Source: Azolla caroliniana | Lineage: Eukaryota; Plantae; Polypodiophyta | NCBI GenBank assembly: GCA_043228905.1 | Contig: JBHGNT010000021.1 | Coordinates: 4,898,001 to 4,962,000 of the forward strand | Direction of reading: 5' to 3' | DNA: 64,000 bases | In this document: positions 34,621 to 48,230 of the stretch, one piece after another | Numbering within the stretch: the first letter of the stretch is position 1 | Layout: each line of letters starts with the position of its first letter | Position numbers and translations under genes: made by a program | Notes under the pieces: generated by a model | Told to the model about the DNA's origin: nothing | The model's input: only the letters and a program-made list of their open reading frames with translations | Database searches by the model: none

Positions 34621-37036
34621 ATGCGAGTGATGTCATGGAATGTTCAAGGGTTAGGGAGCCCCTTATATAGACGATACAAACATCATCTCTGTCAAGAAAT
34701 TAACAAATGCATAGTGGGTGGATCCCTAGATTTTCTTTTAATACAAGAATTTCTCGTTATGGTTCTATTCTACCTGGAAATTGGGACATGTTTTGGTCTC
34801 CTGCAATAGGCAACAGAGAAGTCCATGGAGGGGTTTGTATGGCTATTTCACAAAGGTGGATTTCATCCATTATCCAAAAACAAGTGGTTATTCCGGGAAG
34901 GGCTCAATTTGTTATTATACAAATGGAAGAGATTACATGGGGACTTTTGAATATATATGCTCCCAATACTGCCTTTGATCTGCAACAATTTTGGAAAGAT
35001 TTATTAAATAATTTGCCTCCTCTTGATCATTGGTGTATTGTTGATGATTTCAATATGCTTGAGAACCCCATCGATAGAATGGGAGGTAGCTCAATCATGA
35101 TACATGGCCATGAATTAGCAATGTGGGAACAATTAGTGTTTTCCTTACAAATGTTAGACGCTTGGCATGGTCCTTCCATGGTTCGTACAAACACCTCACT
35201 TTTGTTTTCAAGATCAGATAGGTGTGTAAATGGTACTAATCTATCTCGCTTGGATAGATTTTACTTATCTAGCAAATTTCTTTTAGCAACTGGTACAATG
35301 CATATAATGCCAGGAACTACCTTTTCTAATCATGCTCCAATTATTCTTTCAGTCTCGACTCAAAAGACTAAAGAATTTTCCAATATGAAGATTCCAGAAA
35401 ATCTATTGTTAGACAATAGTTTTTCATTACAAGTGAATGAATTATGGTCGCAAAAAGATGTTGTGCAAGAATCAATGACTATGAGGGTAGCTAATGGCCT
35501 ACAAAGTATTTCAGAATTTTTCAGATGTAAATCTAAGGAAATGTTTTCTATGATGAAAAAAAAGGAAAAAAGGTCACGTACTTCTCTTGTTTCTTTACAA
35601 CGGTTACAAGAATGTTATCCACACTGTACTTGGATTGCTGAGAAACTTGGGTCAGCAAAACAAGAACTTGTTGAACTATTAGAAAAGCGTGCAGAATTTC
35701 AATATCATCGCATGACAACTAATTGGACTAAATCTGTTGTTAGACAATAGTTTTTCATTACAAGTGACTGAATTATGGTCGCAAAAAGATGTTGTGCAAG
35801 AATCAATGACTATGAGGGTAGCTAATGGCCTACAAAGTATTTCAAAATTTTTCAGATGTAAATCTAAGGAAATGTTTTCTATGATGAAAAAAAAGGAAAA
35901 AAGGTCTCGTACTTCTCTTGTTTCTTTACAACGGTTACAAGAATGTTATCCACACTGTACTTGGATTGCTGAGAAACTTGGGTCAGCAAAACAAGAACTT
36001 GTTGAACTATTAGAAAAGCGTGCAGAATTTCAATATCATCGCATGACAACTAATTGAACTAAAACAGGTGACAAATGTACATATGAGTTTTTTCATGCAA
36101 TGAGACCCAATTATAATGCGGTTTCACTGAAACAACTACAACATGAGAATGAGACCATCTTATAAGACCCTCAAGTAATGAGAGAAATAGCCACACGATA
36201 TTATTCTAACTTATTATAAGTTGTTTCCTTTTCCGATGAGGAATTAATATGTCGGTCATGTGTATGGAATAAGCCGAATCCAAGAATAACACAAGATATG
36301 AATGTAAGTCTTCAGGATGTTCTTACTTGTGTGAATTGAGTGAAGCACTTCAAGCTTTGCCTAAAAATTGTTGTCTAGGTATGGATGGGCTAACGCCAAT
36401 ATTCTTCATTAAATATTGGGACGTATTCAAAGCAAATTTATGCACAACATTTCAACAAATTCTTCGAGAGGGTAATATGCCTTCCCAATTTACAGAAGGA
36501 TTAATTTACCTTATACCTAAATCAAACGGTCCTTCACTTGACATCAAGAAATGGCGGCCGATTACACTACTAAATACAATGTATAAAATTTTAGCTAAAG
36601 CAATTAGTATACGACTTAGTACTATAATGCCTACATTTATACACCCAACTCAAACAGGATTCATTCGAGAAAGGAGTATTTTGGATAATGTTTACACATT
36701 TCGGGAATCTATGGCCTTAGCAGCCAAATCTAATCAAAAGTTGGTCATTGTTATGCTTGATTTTGAGAAAACCTATGATCATGTTGACTGGGATTTTTTA
36801 CAAGGAGTATTGACTCGTTTTGGGTTCTCAAAAGAATGGATAAGAGGTATTTCCTCATTATATAATGCTGCACAAAGCCGAGTCTTATTGGCTGGAAATT
36901 ATGGTCCTTCGTTTTATATTTCTCGATCAGTTCTCCAAGGTTGTCCTTTGGCTCCCATCTTGTTTCTGTTTTTTGTTGAGGCAATGATTTACTTTTTGAA
37001 TGTTGCTGATATTGGTATACGAGGGACTATGCATTC
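34621..37036 (+). pseudogene. LINE ORF2 (AP endonuclease plus RT), frameshifted
   Basis: MRVMSWNVQGLG, IQE, NIYAPN, DFN, SRLDRFY, SNH.PI; G.DG, WRPITLLN..YKILAK, LDFEK.YD.V.W, QGCPL.P.LF. Confidence 0.93.
35399..36060 (+). repeat. 331-bp tandem duplication within LINE ORF2
   Basis: 35399-35729 is repeated at 35730-36060 with few mismatches. Confidence 0.95.
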
Positions 37037-37881
37037 TGTGAAAGTTAGAGTGTGGAAGTGTATTACAAACCGGCTCTACCGGATGGCAACAGTAGACAGA
37101 AAGGTTCAATGGAAGCTTAACACAGAGAATATGTGTGGGAGAGACAGAGAGAGAGCATAATGTAAACTCTATTCAAAAAGTAATAACACTCTGTATGTCA
37201 CTTCTATGTACATAGAATGTGCTCAAAGAGCACTTTTATACAAGTCCATAAAGGACTGACAAAAGTACTGACAGGTACTTCAATGCTCATACGAGCAACT
37301 ATCACTGACTCCCAAAAATATGCCTACGTTGTCGTGGAGAAATCCGGCCATAGGAGGAAACAGGGGGAAAATGCAAGAACCGACCCTTACACGTGGCCGC
37401 ACTATTTACATAACTAGGTCTGATTCAACTGATGTAAATATACTAGGTAGTGCGCATTAATTGTCTAGGGAATCCAAGCGTATCTTTGTCCGACGGGACA
37501 AAGAATAAATGCATGTAACAAAGGGTGTAACGGTCTTCCCCGACAGCCTATAAAAGGGAGGGGAGAAGACTGATACGGGGATCGCGCATTTTGGGGACGA
37601 AGTGTTGTCGGACTGGGAACCGAGCTCTCTCCTCCACTATCGTTGTTGCTTCTACAGGGATTTTGGGTTAGGTTGGTTGCCTCTGCTGCGTGAAAAGCCT
37701 GTGTGCTTCCAGTAGAGGCTCCACTACATATTTCAGTGCATGTGTTCGTCTGTGTTGAGTCTGTCACCGGCTTGCCGGTTGTAACATTGCAAGCTCTGTA
37801 ATCTATATTGTTATTGGAATTGATTCTTTCGTTTCTGTCTCTCTGTGTTTCTACGAATCTCTCTCCCTCTTCTCTCTCACG

Positions 37882-38160
37882 TGACAGGAATTGCACGCTC
37901 CCTATGCGCAATGCTCGGCCACAACCGAGCTTAGAATCATAAACAGAAAACGGGAATGAATGCACGACACAAAGGAGAGAAGAGTACACATGATGTTTTA
38001 CATGGAAAACCCAAACTCGGGAAAAACCACGGCAGCCCACAGACCGCAAACTATCACTACATCAGAATGTACAATAGGAAAGCGCCGAGGCCACGACCTC
38101 GAGCTTGCTATCTTCGCCACAGTCGGCGGTTACAACAGAGATACGAAACCTTCGTCTCTT

Positions 38161-38202
<42 letters not shown>

Positions 38203-41200
38203 CACATTTACGCACTCTCTCTTCTTGCACCAACAAGAATGATAACACACACAATCAAGAAGTTTGCCCTAAGTCATATTTATACTAATATGACTTTTCG
38301 GCTATTTACAAATATAGCCTCAATGGACTCTCAGAAACATATTTACGAATATGTCTCTTCATCCGGTGAGCACTCCTCACCGGGCCTGCATCATCCGGCG
38401 CTTGCCGGGTACTCCTCATCTGGTTTCGGCCGAGTTTGCTCATCAGCACTGTTCTTCTCACATCCCATCCGGAGGGACCAGTCTCCCAACAAACTCCCCC
38501 TTCACTCCGGCATGGGGTGTCTTACTAGTCCGATCCGCTTCCGGCATGCTTCCAGCTTGTCGGGTATCAGGACTTTGGTCAGCATATCTGACCTGTTCTC
38601 GGCCGTGTGGATCTTCGTCAGCGCGAACTCCTGGTCATCTACTCTTTCCCAGATCCAGTGATACCTTCGCTGGATATGCTTCGTCCGGGAATGGTAGGCC
38701 GCATTCTTAGCAAGGTGGATGGCACTTTGACTGTCGCAATAGAGCCGGTATTCATCTTGCCGAATACCGAGCTCTCCGATGAAATCCTTCATCCATAATA
38801 TTTCCTTGCCGGCTTCCACAACCGCAATGTACTCCGCCTCCGTGGTTGACAACGCAACCGTCTTCTGCAACCTCGACTGCCACGAAACAGCTCCCCCTGC
38901 ATATGTCATTACATAGCCGGATGTAGACCGGCTGGTATCCACATCAGCCGACATGTCTGAATCAGTAAAACCGTCAAGTTGAGGTTTTCCAGAGCCGAAT
39001 CGGACACACATATTTGAAGTGCCCTTCAAATACCGGAGTATCCATTTGACCGCGTTCCAGTGCTCCTTGCCGGGATTGCTCATAAACCGGCTCACCACTC
39101 CGACTGCGTATCCTATATCCGGTCGGGTACACACCATTGCGTACATTAGGCTCCCGACGGCAGAGGCATATGGAACCTTCATCATATTAGCCTTCTCTGC
39201 TTTCGTCTGCGGGCTTTGTTTGCCGGATAACCTGCAGTTTGCCGGAAGTGTTGATCCGACCAGTTTCGCATCTAACATGTTGAACCGCTGAAGCACCTTT
39301 GTCACATATTTCTCCTGTGACAACCATAGTTGCTTCGCTGGCCGGTTCCGGATGATGCGCATCCCCAACATCTGTCTTGCCGGACCCAAGTCTTTCATTG
39401 AGAAGGTCCGGTTGAGAGCCTTCTTCAGCATCCGTATTATGGATTGGTCCCGTCCGACGATCAACATGTCATCCACGTACAGAAGGAGTATAAGAAAGTC
39501 GCCTCCTTCGAACTTCTTCACAAACACGCAATGATTGGCCTACCTCTTGTGGTACCCTTGATCGGTCATGAAGGAGTCGAACTTCCGGTACCACTGTCGG
39601 GGAGCCTGCTTCAGTCTGTACATGCTTTTCTTCAACCGGCATACCAAGTGCTCCTTCCCTTTCTCCACGAATCCTTCCGGTTGCTGCATGTAGATCTCCT
39701 CTTCGAGATCGCCGTGAAGGAATGCCGTCTTCACGTCCAGTTGTTCTACCTCGAGGTCCATGCTTGCCGCTATGCTTAGCACCGTACGGATGGAAGTCAT
39801 CTTTACTACTGGGGCAAATATCTCGTCGAAGTCCACGCCCTTCTTTTGCTGGAACCCCTTTACCACAATCCTGGCTTTGTATCTTGGGGGGTTGCCAGCA
39901 TCTCCCGGTTTCAACTTGTACACCCACTTATTTCGGAGTGCCCGATTTCCTTTCGGCAACTCCACCAATTCGTACGTATGGTTCTCATGTAGGGAATCCA
40001 TCTCCTCGTGCATGGCACTTAACCATTTGCGGCTGTGGGTGTCATCCTTCGCCTCTACGAAGCTTTCTGGCTCCCCCTCATCGGTTAGCAGCACATGCTC
40101 TGCATTCGGAAATCTCCGAGGGGCTCTTCTCTCTCTGAGAGGATATCTCCGTCTTTGAGCTTCGGTAGCCTGCTCCTCCATTTGCTCTTCATCCGAATCC
40201 GATTCGGGGTCTTGGCCGGTTCCGGTTTCAGCTTCCTCTACTTCTTCTTCTGCCGGTTCGGTATCCTCACTGTAACCGGTTGGTTCCTCGAGTGCTAACC
40301 GGTCTCTTGCTGGTTGGGTTTGCTTATCGTAGAATCGATCCTTACCGGTCGACTCGGAGTTCATTATCTTCTTCTCCAACTCCCAGTCGGTGAGCGTCTT
40401 GTCCTCCATGAAGATAATATCTCGACTCCGGAATACCTTCTTGTTGACCGGGTCCCACACTCGGTAGCCGAACTCATCGTCGCCGTAACCGAGGAATATG
40501 CACGGCCGGGTCTTTGGTTCTAACTTTCCTCTCCGGTCCTTAGCTACATGCACATACGCGAGACACCCGAATACCTTCAGATGCCGGTAGGACACTTCCT
40601 TACTGGTCCAGACTCTTTGTGGCGTGTCTCCGTCCAAGGGTACTGAGGGTGATCTATTTATCACATATGTCGTCGTCGATAGTGCCTCAGCCCAAAACTT
40701 CTTAGGTAGTTTTGCATGCGCCAGCATACTCCAGACCCTCTCCATTATGGTCCAGTTTATACTCTCAGCTAGCCCGTTTAGGTCCGGTGTCTTCGGCATG
40801 GTGAATTCGAGCCGGATTCCCTTCGAGCGGCAGTGCTCCTCGAACTGCCCCCAGTATTTTCCTCCGTTATCTGCTCGAACCGCCTTCAGCTTCCAACCAG
40901 TTTCTCTTTCCACTCTCGCGTGGAGCTCTTTGAAGACGGATAGCACCTGATCCTTCGTCTTCAACGGTGTGGCCCACAGCTTCCGACTGTGGTCATCTAT
41001 GAACGTCACGAAGTACTGCGCTCCGGCATGTGACTTCGTGTCCACTTGACACACATCCGTATGCACCAACTCCAGTGGCGCATTACGTCTCATCGGTGGC
41101 CTTGATCGGAAGGAGGTCCTGTTTTGTTTACTGGCCAGACAATCAGTGCACTTCTCTAAGTGCACATTCTTCACTAGAATGAAGTTGTCGTCTGCAAGCC

Positions 41201-42835
41201 TCTTCATCCCCTTCTCGCTCATGTGACACAGTCTCTTGTGCCATAGCTCACCGGTAGTGTTGGATGCCACGTTCACTTCCTCCGGGCATAACCGTGCATT
41301 CATCAGGTACAACGTGTTTACCTTCCGGGCCCGAGCCACAATCAGGCTCCCTTTGCTGAACTTCATAACACCGTTCCGGATGCTACCCGCATAGCCTTCA
41401 TCATCTAGCCGACCGGCTGATATCAGGTTCAGACAAACCTCCGGAACGTGTTAGACATCCTTCAGCAGCAGCTTGCATTCGGTTGGTGTTTTCAGCCACA
41501 CGTCTCCTATGCCGACAATTCGGCATGTACCTTCATTCCCCATCCGGACACAGCCGTGATCACCGGCTGAGTAGGATGAGAAGCATTTCCGGTTCGGGGT
41601 AAGGTGGAATGACGCTCAAGAGTCGACCACCCAGGTCATCTCGTCGCCGACAAGGTTTATCTCACTCTCCTCGGTGATGAGCATAAACTCTTCTTCACTT
41701 GCCGCGATTGCCGTCGTTCCCCTCCGGTCTTTACCGTTCCGGTCCGGTGTCCGCTTTGAATCGGTACCGTTGGTTTCCTTGTCTTTCCGGAAATGCCGAC
41801 AGTTCTTCTGGAAGTGTCCCGGCTTGCCGCAATAGAAGCAAGTAGGCCTCCCCCTTGACTTTGACTGTGTCCTCGACTTTTCCCGGTTCTGAGGACTACG
41901 GTTTCTATGTCTTCCACGTTCCAATTCGGTAAGGAGCGCTTTGGAGTTGGAGCTCGTATCCTTATCTTTCCGACCCGCCTCCTCATCTAGCAAGCTCGAC
42001 TTCACTCTTGCTAGGGATAACCGTTTCCCTTCCAGCCCGGCGTTCCCCAAGGTGACAACCAACGTCTCCCAACTATCTGGGAGGGAACCGAGCAGGAGCA
42101 GGGCTAGTACCTCATCGGCGAGAGGTACTTCCAATGAAGTTGCCTGGTGGATCAGCCCCTGGAAGGCATTCTTGTGCTCCGCCATGCTGGAGCCATCTTG
42201 GTACCGGAGTCTTACTAGCTTCCGGAATACCGAAACTTGATTAATAGCATTTTTGTTTTGAAACATAATGCTGATCTTCTCCCAGAGCTCATGAGCCTTG
42301 CTCTCTTCATTGAAGTTGTTGTATAGGCTCATGTTGATGAAGCACCGTATGTACGTCGTTGTCTTCATGTGCATCACCTCCCATATTGTGGCGTCAATTT
42401 TGTCTGGTCTCTTGTCCCCGAACTGAACCGGCAACCAAAGATCTTTAACCACGAGTATGTCCCTCATCTTCGACTTCCACACAGAATGGTTGGAGCCGGT
42501 GAGCTTGAACATGCCTCCCAACGAATCGTCCATTTTCTGTGTCGTTTCGCTCTGATACCAATTTGACAGGAACTGCACGCTCCCTATGCGCAATGCTCGG
42601 CCACAACCGAGCTTAGAATCATAAACAGAAAACGGGAATGAATGCACGACACAAAGGAGAGAAGAGTACACATGATGTTTTACGTGGAAAACCCAAACTC
42701 GGGAAAAACCACGGCAGCCCACGACCGCAAACTATCACTACATCAGAATGTACAATAGGAAAGCGCCGAGGCCACGACCTCGAGCTTGCTATCTTCGCCA
42801 CAGTCAACGGTTACAACAGAGATACGAAACCTTCG

Positions 42836-42866
<31 letters not shown>

Positions 42867-43101
42867 TTGTACACAGTTACGCGCTCTCTCTATACTAATA
42901 TGACTTTTCGGCTATTTACAAATATAGCCTCGATGGACTCTCAGAAACATATTTACGAATATGTCTCTTCATCCGGTGAGCACTCCTCACCGGGCCTGCA
43001 TCATCCGGCGCTTGCCGGGTACTCCTCATCCAGTTTCGGCCGAGTTTGCTCATCAGCACTGTTCTTCTCACTTCCCATCCGGAGGGACCTTTCTCCCAAC
43101 A
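37882..43101 (-). mobile_element. Full-length Tnt1/Tork-like copia A with premature stops
   Basis: LTRs at 37882-38491 and 42564-43101; TSD TCACG at 37877-37881 and 43102-43106; iMet PBS at 42549-42560; PPT at 38492-38502. Confidence 0.96.
38502..42533 (-). pseudogene. Copia A gag-pol, with stops
   Basis: ORFs 41616..42722, 39540..41366 and 38502..39527: CFYCGKPGHFQKNC, WVVDS, VHTDVC, RADNGG, YVDDM, VPYASAVGSLMYAMVCTRPDI. Confidence 0.95.
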
Positions 43102-44802
43102 TCACGCTCCTCAGTTCAGGGCCCCCGCAATTTCGCCTTATTTCATACGCGAGAGCGTAACAACATGACAACGTATTAGGTTGGATCCGTAGGCCTCCAA
43201 CGGCCTACCGGTTTCAATCCGATCCGGCTCCTGGTTCCGGATATCATCCGGACACCGATCCGGTTCTCCGTTCCGGATAACAATCCGACTGTGGCTTATT
43301 CAGCCGATCCGGATTCGGTTGAGCTTGTTCTCTCAACACTCCCCCTCAACCTCAACTTGAGGTCGGATCGTGGTGTTAGTGTCTATCGTAGCCAGTCCTA
43401 TCCTCCAACTCCTTCTGACGTCCTCCCGCCTTGCTTGCGCTCCTCGTCCGGTCCAATTCCGCTTCCCACGACCCGTCCAATACTGCACACCTCGACCTCC
43501 TTGGTCGGCTTGTCTGCTCAACATGCCCATTTCAGCTCCTTCACTGCTATGACTCCGGTGTCGGTCCATCAGTTCCTCTGTGTCGGTATCGAGTTCCGCT
43601 ACCTTCTTGTCCACTTGGCCTTTAGTTGATCTGGCTCTTCCAAATCCAACTGTTGAACCGAATCAGCTCTTGTCCGAGTTGGTAGTCTCCAACTCGTCTT
43701 CCGTTTTTAGGCCCTTCACCACATCAGACCACGTTCGGGTCTTGGCCTTTTTCTGGTCGGCTCTGTCCTACTTCTTGACTCTGTCGCCATTGCCGCTTGC
43801 TCCAACTTGTTCAGATGTGCCGACTCCTTCAGTCAGCTCGGCTTTCTTTATCTGCTCATCTCCGCCCTTGGTTCTTTTCTCCTCTCTAGCTCCTTGTCCG
43901 GTGTCATCCATTCCCGTTCTTGTTCTCCCCCTAAAGTGTGGCACATCGAGATGTTGAATGCCGAGCATCTCCGAAAAATGTTGCAACTTGTCCAATACGA
44001 GTCGCTTGGTGAAGATGTCGGCAACCTACCGATCCATGTGAACAACCGAAGTTCAACTTCACCGCTCAGGACCTGCTCACGAACAAAGTGATAATGCACT
44101 TCTATGTGCTTTGTCCGAGCATGGAGTATAGGGTCCTTGGCGAGTTGTATGTTGCTTACGTTGTCATGGAGAAAACCGTCCCTGGGTGGAATCGAAGAAA
44201 CATCGGGAGAATCGGCGGTGTGCACCGTGTGTACTTACCCTTGTAATAATAAGAGTTAAGTCGGGACAGAGGATGCCATGTAATAAGGGATTTATCCCAC
44301 ATTGTAACGTATCTCCCTCCTTGTTCTATAAAAGGAAGGGAGCGCCTCTTGTGAAAGGGTTGCCCATTTTGAGTCATAAGGGTATACCATTTTGTGCTTT
44401 CTTTTCTAGGGTTAGCTACATTTTCTTTCTTTCTTCTTCTTCTCCTTCTCGAGAAGTCGGGTGGGAGCTATGGCAGCAAAGTTGTTAGGTTAACTTCTCT
44501 TCTTCTGTGCGTAGCCAGCTCGTGGCCGCGGTTGTATCTCCCCCCCCTTTGTAGGTTTGCTTCTACTAGGTCTCATGTGCAAGACCCCGCTCGGCGCGAC
44601 AACCGTGAGCTCCCCGACTGGCGGCTTGGCGGCCGACTACGGCTGTAACCTACCTTTGTCCGGCTCGGAGCCGGGGTTGTAATCTTCTCCTGTAATATAT
44701 ATATATATATATTTGTGTTTGTTTGTGCATATCGGTGTAGTTGGTGGAGTCGGGAGCACAGCCCCTTTGTTTCCTGTGTATAAGAGTCGATGTAGCGCGC
44801 AT

Positions 44803-44843
<41 letters not shown>

Positions 44844-44947
44844 TTCGGTTGCCTCCGGGACGCATCCGGAATCATCTTCTCGGCATCCCTTCCTCTCTCG
44901 TCCGAGACCCCCATGGTCCCGCCACGCACGTAACAACACGACATATT

Positions 44948-44964
44948 TGGTGAACCCGATGTGA
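44948..44964 (+). promoter_or_regulatory. Primer-binding site, tRNA-Trp
   Basis: TGGTGAACCCGATGTGA, 4 nt after the LTR; 16/17 complementary to the plant cytosolic tRNA-Trp 3' end UCACGUCGGGUUCACCA as I recall it. Confidence 0.85.
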
Positions 44965-44980
44965 AGGACGGCAAGGGAGG

Positions 44981-46327
44981 ATGGAGTTGGAAGAAAACGA
45001 CTTCGCACAACTTTTTGTCGAAGCGGTGAGGGAGTTTGGACGAGCAACAACAAGAAGAGAGACGACACAGCAAGCGGTCGAATGCGTGGTCGAAAGAGTC
45101 GGTCGTTTCAACGGGGACAAGGTCCCATACTACTTGGAAGCCTACAACGCGGAAATGGATGAGCGAGGCGTAGACGAGGCGTTAAGGCTGGAGTTCTTCT
45201 ATCGGGTCGTTGTCGTCCGTATGCATGCGGAAGTGAAGGAGCTCCGAGAAGCTCATAGTTCGTGGGAGGCCTTCGAAAAGCCGCTCTTGCAGGCATATGG
45301 AGGACGGCGGAAGAGCCGGGGACGACGCGACTTCGACCAGTGGGTTGCATCGGCGAAGACCCACCGGGGCACAACGAAGGCGTTCCGAGAGTTCGAGCGA
45401 CGGCTTGCTCGGCTCCTGGAGCGGGAACAAGGTTTGGTGGGGGCGGACAAAGTCTTGTTGTTTGTTAAGTCGATCGACGGAGCGGAACGGGAGGCCATCA
45501 GGATTGAGCTCGAAGACGAGGACGGAGCGAATGGCCTTACGGAGGACTGGTCAAAGGTCGGAAGGGTATGCCAATGGCTAGATGAAGAGTTGGCTGAGAA
45601 GGCTAAGGGGAAGGCGCGCGACGGCGCGCCATCACAGCGGGAAGAGGCCGAACGGCAAAGAGAGTTAGCAAGGCTCGGCTTCAGGGCCAGGATTGCGGAG
45701 GTGTACGCAGCTCTCGAGGCGATGCTTGAGGAAGAGGAAAGATCGAGGCTCCAAGCCGATGCCGAGGAGACGGACTTGCCCTACGAGATGGCAGAAGATC
45801 AGTACGACGGTACCACGGGAGAGGGTTCGGAACAAAACACCCTCTCAGCTTGCGGAAATAGAACGGCCAAGGACAAGGCCAAGATACCGATCGCAGAATT
45901 GGAACATTGGGACTGGCGGTTTCGGGCACGTCAGCCTGAGGCTCCGGACATGGGAGAAGCAAGCCCAGGCGGGGCTTGCGCGATCGGTAAGGAGAAGACC
46001 AACGACCACGAGGAGCCGGTGGCTACAGACAAGGGCGTAAATAGGACGGGTGATTCTACGCGTCTTCCCACGCTTGCTCCCAAGACTATGGCAGGCAAGC
46101 CCAAGTGCCCACGTAACTCCCAAGAGGAGGAAGGAGTAGAGAAGAGCCCTCGGAACCGATTCCGGAGAACTCGGCATTCGGGCCCTTACGCCCATCTGAG
46201 ACCGAGGAGATGGATGACAGTATCAAGGAGTACTGGCACGATGCCAGCGAAGATGGATGGGAATTGGCCCGCGAGAAGGTCGACGAAGAGACCAAGAAAA
46301 GACCCGACCGAGGACCGAACAACGTGA
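44981..46327 (+). CDS. Gag/capsid-like protein of element W; degenerate repeat-rich continuation to about 48230
   Basis: ATG 17 nt after the PBS; RFNGDKVPYYLEAY...SWEAFEK.LLQAY capsid-like pattern; homolog at 2900-3190. Confidence 0.7.
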   Translation: MELEENDFAQLFVEAVREFGRATTRRETTQQAVECVVERVGRFNGDKVPYYLEAYNAEMDERGVDEALRLEFFYRVVVVRMHAEVKELREAHSSWEAFEKPLLQAYGGRRKSRGRRDFDQWVASAKTHRGTTKAFREFERRLARLLEREQGLVGADKVLLFVKSIDGAEREAIRIELEDEDGANGLTEDWSKVGRVCQWLDEELAEKAKGKARDGAPSQREEAERQRELARLGFRARIAEVYAALEAMLEEEERSRLQADAEETDLPYEMAEDQYDGTTGEGSEQNTLSACGNRTAKDKAKIPIAELEHWDWRFRARQPEAPDMGEASPGGACAIGKEKTNDHEEPVATDKGVNRTGDSTRLPTLAPKTMAGKPKCPRNSQEEEGVEKSPRNRFRRTRHSGPYAHLRPRRWMTVSRSTGTMPAKMDGNWPARRSTKRPRKDPTEDRTT

Positions 46328-46669
46328 CACTCCGATTCGGTTGGGGCGCGATCCAATCGTGGATTGTCCGACTGGGGCCATAATCGGCATGAGGGTGCCG
46401 ATACGAGAGAGGGTGCGGAACGAGCCACCCTCTTTTACATGGGGAGAAAGACCGACCGGGCGAAGGTCGGGAATCGGAAGAAGATGATCAAGGGTCCGAA
46501 CGAGTCCGACAAGATCGGCATCGGAGCCGAAACTCCGGACATTGGATAATCAAGCCTAGGCGGGGCTGGATCGATCATAGGGTGGATGCTTTCCACCGAC
46601 ACCACTAAAAGGGTCGGTGGCCCCGGATGAGTCGTCGGGAGTCGCTACGAAATCGGTGTCCCCACATCT

Positions 46670-48230
46670 TGAACGGAGACTCCGACAGTCGGCAACGAGG
46701 CCGACGTGAGACCAAGAGAGATGGGAGATGGAGGCGGGAGCACAACGAAAAGAGCGACGACGAGTTCGGGAGAAGTACAAGGGACAGATGCGGAGAACGA
46801 AGACCGGTCCTATGGAGATCCTCCCACCAATCCAGTTGTCGGCTCGAGTGCCGGCGTGAGTCCTATAGGGGAGATCGGTGGCGACAAGAGAACGGGATCA
46901 GGCAATTCAGAGAATGATGGGCGGACCCGGACGAGAACGGGGAGGAACGGTCTTCCGGATAACTGATCCGGAAGAGAGGAGAGAGCAAGCCTACGAAGAG
47001 GCCGGTACCACGGGAGAGGGTGTGGAGCGAGCCACCCTCTCGACTTGCGGACAAAGACAACCTGGGATAAGGGTCAGTAACTAGACAGAGGCCTGAGGAG
47101 GATCCTTCACACAGGTTCCGGAGACTCCGGCGGACGGCCCAAAAGCCTAGAGTAGCAAACGGTGGTGGCGAGGGAACGAAGGAGAAGGAAGTGCGGATGG
47201 GCGGTCTACGGAGATCCTCACACCGATCCGGCAGTCGGCCCGAGTCCTAGCGTGAGTCCTATAGGAGAGATCGGTGGTGGCAGGTGCACGTGACCAGCCG
47301 AAGAGGCGGACGCGGAGGTTGGGGAAAACGGTGAGTGGTGTTGCCGCGACCTTACACACACCGGTTCTAGACACTCCGGCAGTCGGCCCGAAAGCTGGCG
47401 TGAAACCTAGAGAGAAGAACGGTGGCGGCGGCAAGGCCGGCAACCGAGACGGCAAAAGGGGAAGGTCCCACGAAGATCCTCACACCGATCCGGCGGTTGG
47501 CCCGTGTGCCGACATGTGTCCTATAGGAGAGATCGGTGGCGGCAGGAGAACGTGATCGGACGACAGAAAGCAGAGCGAAAGGAGGTATGAGGCTGGCGAG
47601 GCGGCCACGAACCGAATACAGGCCCGATCGGCAAAGTCGGAAAGATAAAGATCGAACACGCTTGGTACGAGAGTCGATGACCCAACAAAACGGAGGCCCG
47701 AGAAGGATCCTTCACACATGCCCGGAGGCCCCGGCTATTCAGCCGACGTGGCAACATGAGACCGAGGGTAATGGAAGGTGGCGGCAAGGGGACAAAGGCG
47801 GCAACAGCAGAGGCACCGACCAGCCAAGGCATTACGAGAACGAAGGAGGCCATGCGGGCCAGGACGCGGCAAGGGTGATCTTCCGGTAAGCTGTCGGGGA
47901 CACTCGGTTAAGGAGCAGTGTGCCAAGCCAGAAAGGGCACACCCGAAAGTAGAACGGGAGGCGTTCGTGTGGCCACCGAGGGCCAAAGCAAAGTACGAGT
48001 ACTGGATGGTGCTCGGCACAGATGGTGTCGAGCAAGGAAGGCAGAAGACGACACATGGCGGTGTCGGAAACGAGAACACGGGCATGCGCAAAGAGACTAC
48101 GCAAAATGGAGGCCGGAACAAGGTAGATGGCCAAAGAGGGATCCTCCACACCGAGTCCCGAAGACCTTGGCAATTCGAGCCGACGCGGCAACATAAGACC
48201 AAGGAGAAGGAAGGTGGCGGCGAGGGGACG
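46670..48230 (+). repeat. Degenerate array of about eight 70-85 bp units
   Basis: GATCCT(C/T)ACAC...C(A/G)GTCGGCCC...G(A/G)AGA...GGTGGCGGC units near 46671, 46812, 47098, 47208, 47350, 47470, 47703 and 48138. Confidence 0.8.

Larger units (their letters stand above)
37330..43170 (+). mobile_element. W-lineage solo LTR (37330-37881 plus 43107-43170), split by copia A
   Basis: TGTCGTGGAGAAA...GCGTAACAACATGACA; 4-bp TSD ACGT at 37326-37329 and 43171-43174; shares GGACGAAGTGTTGTCGGACTG with the LTR at 60362. Confidence 0.88.

Noticed and set aside
37465-38661. Long ORFs within LTRs and antisense to pol (also 48930..49466, 55246..55881, 56173..56868)
   Set aside because: Shadow ORFs arising from GC-rich or microsatellite sequence, with no domain motifs.
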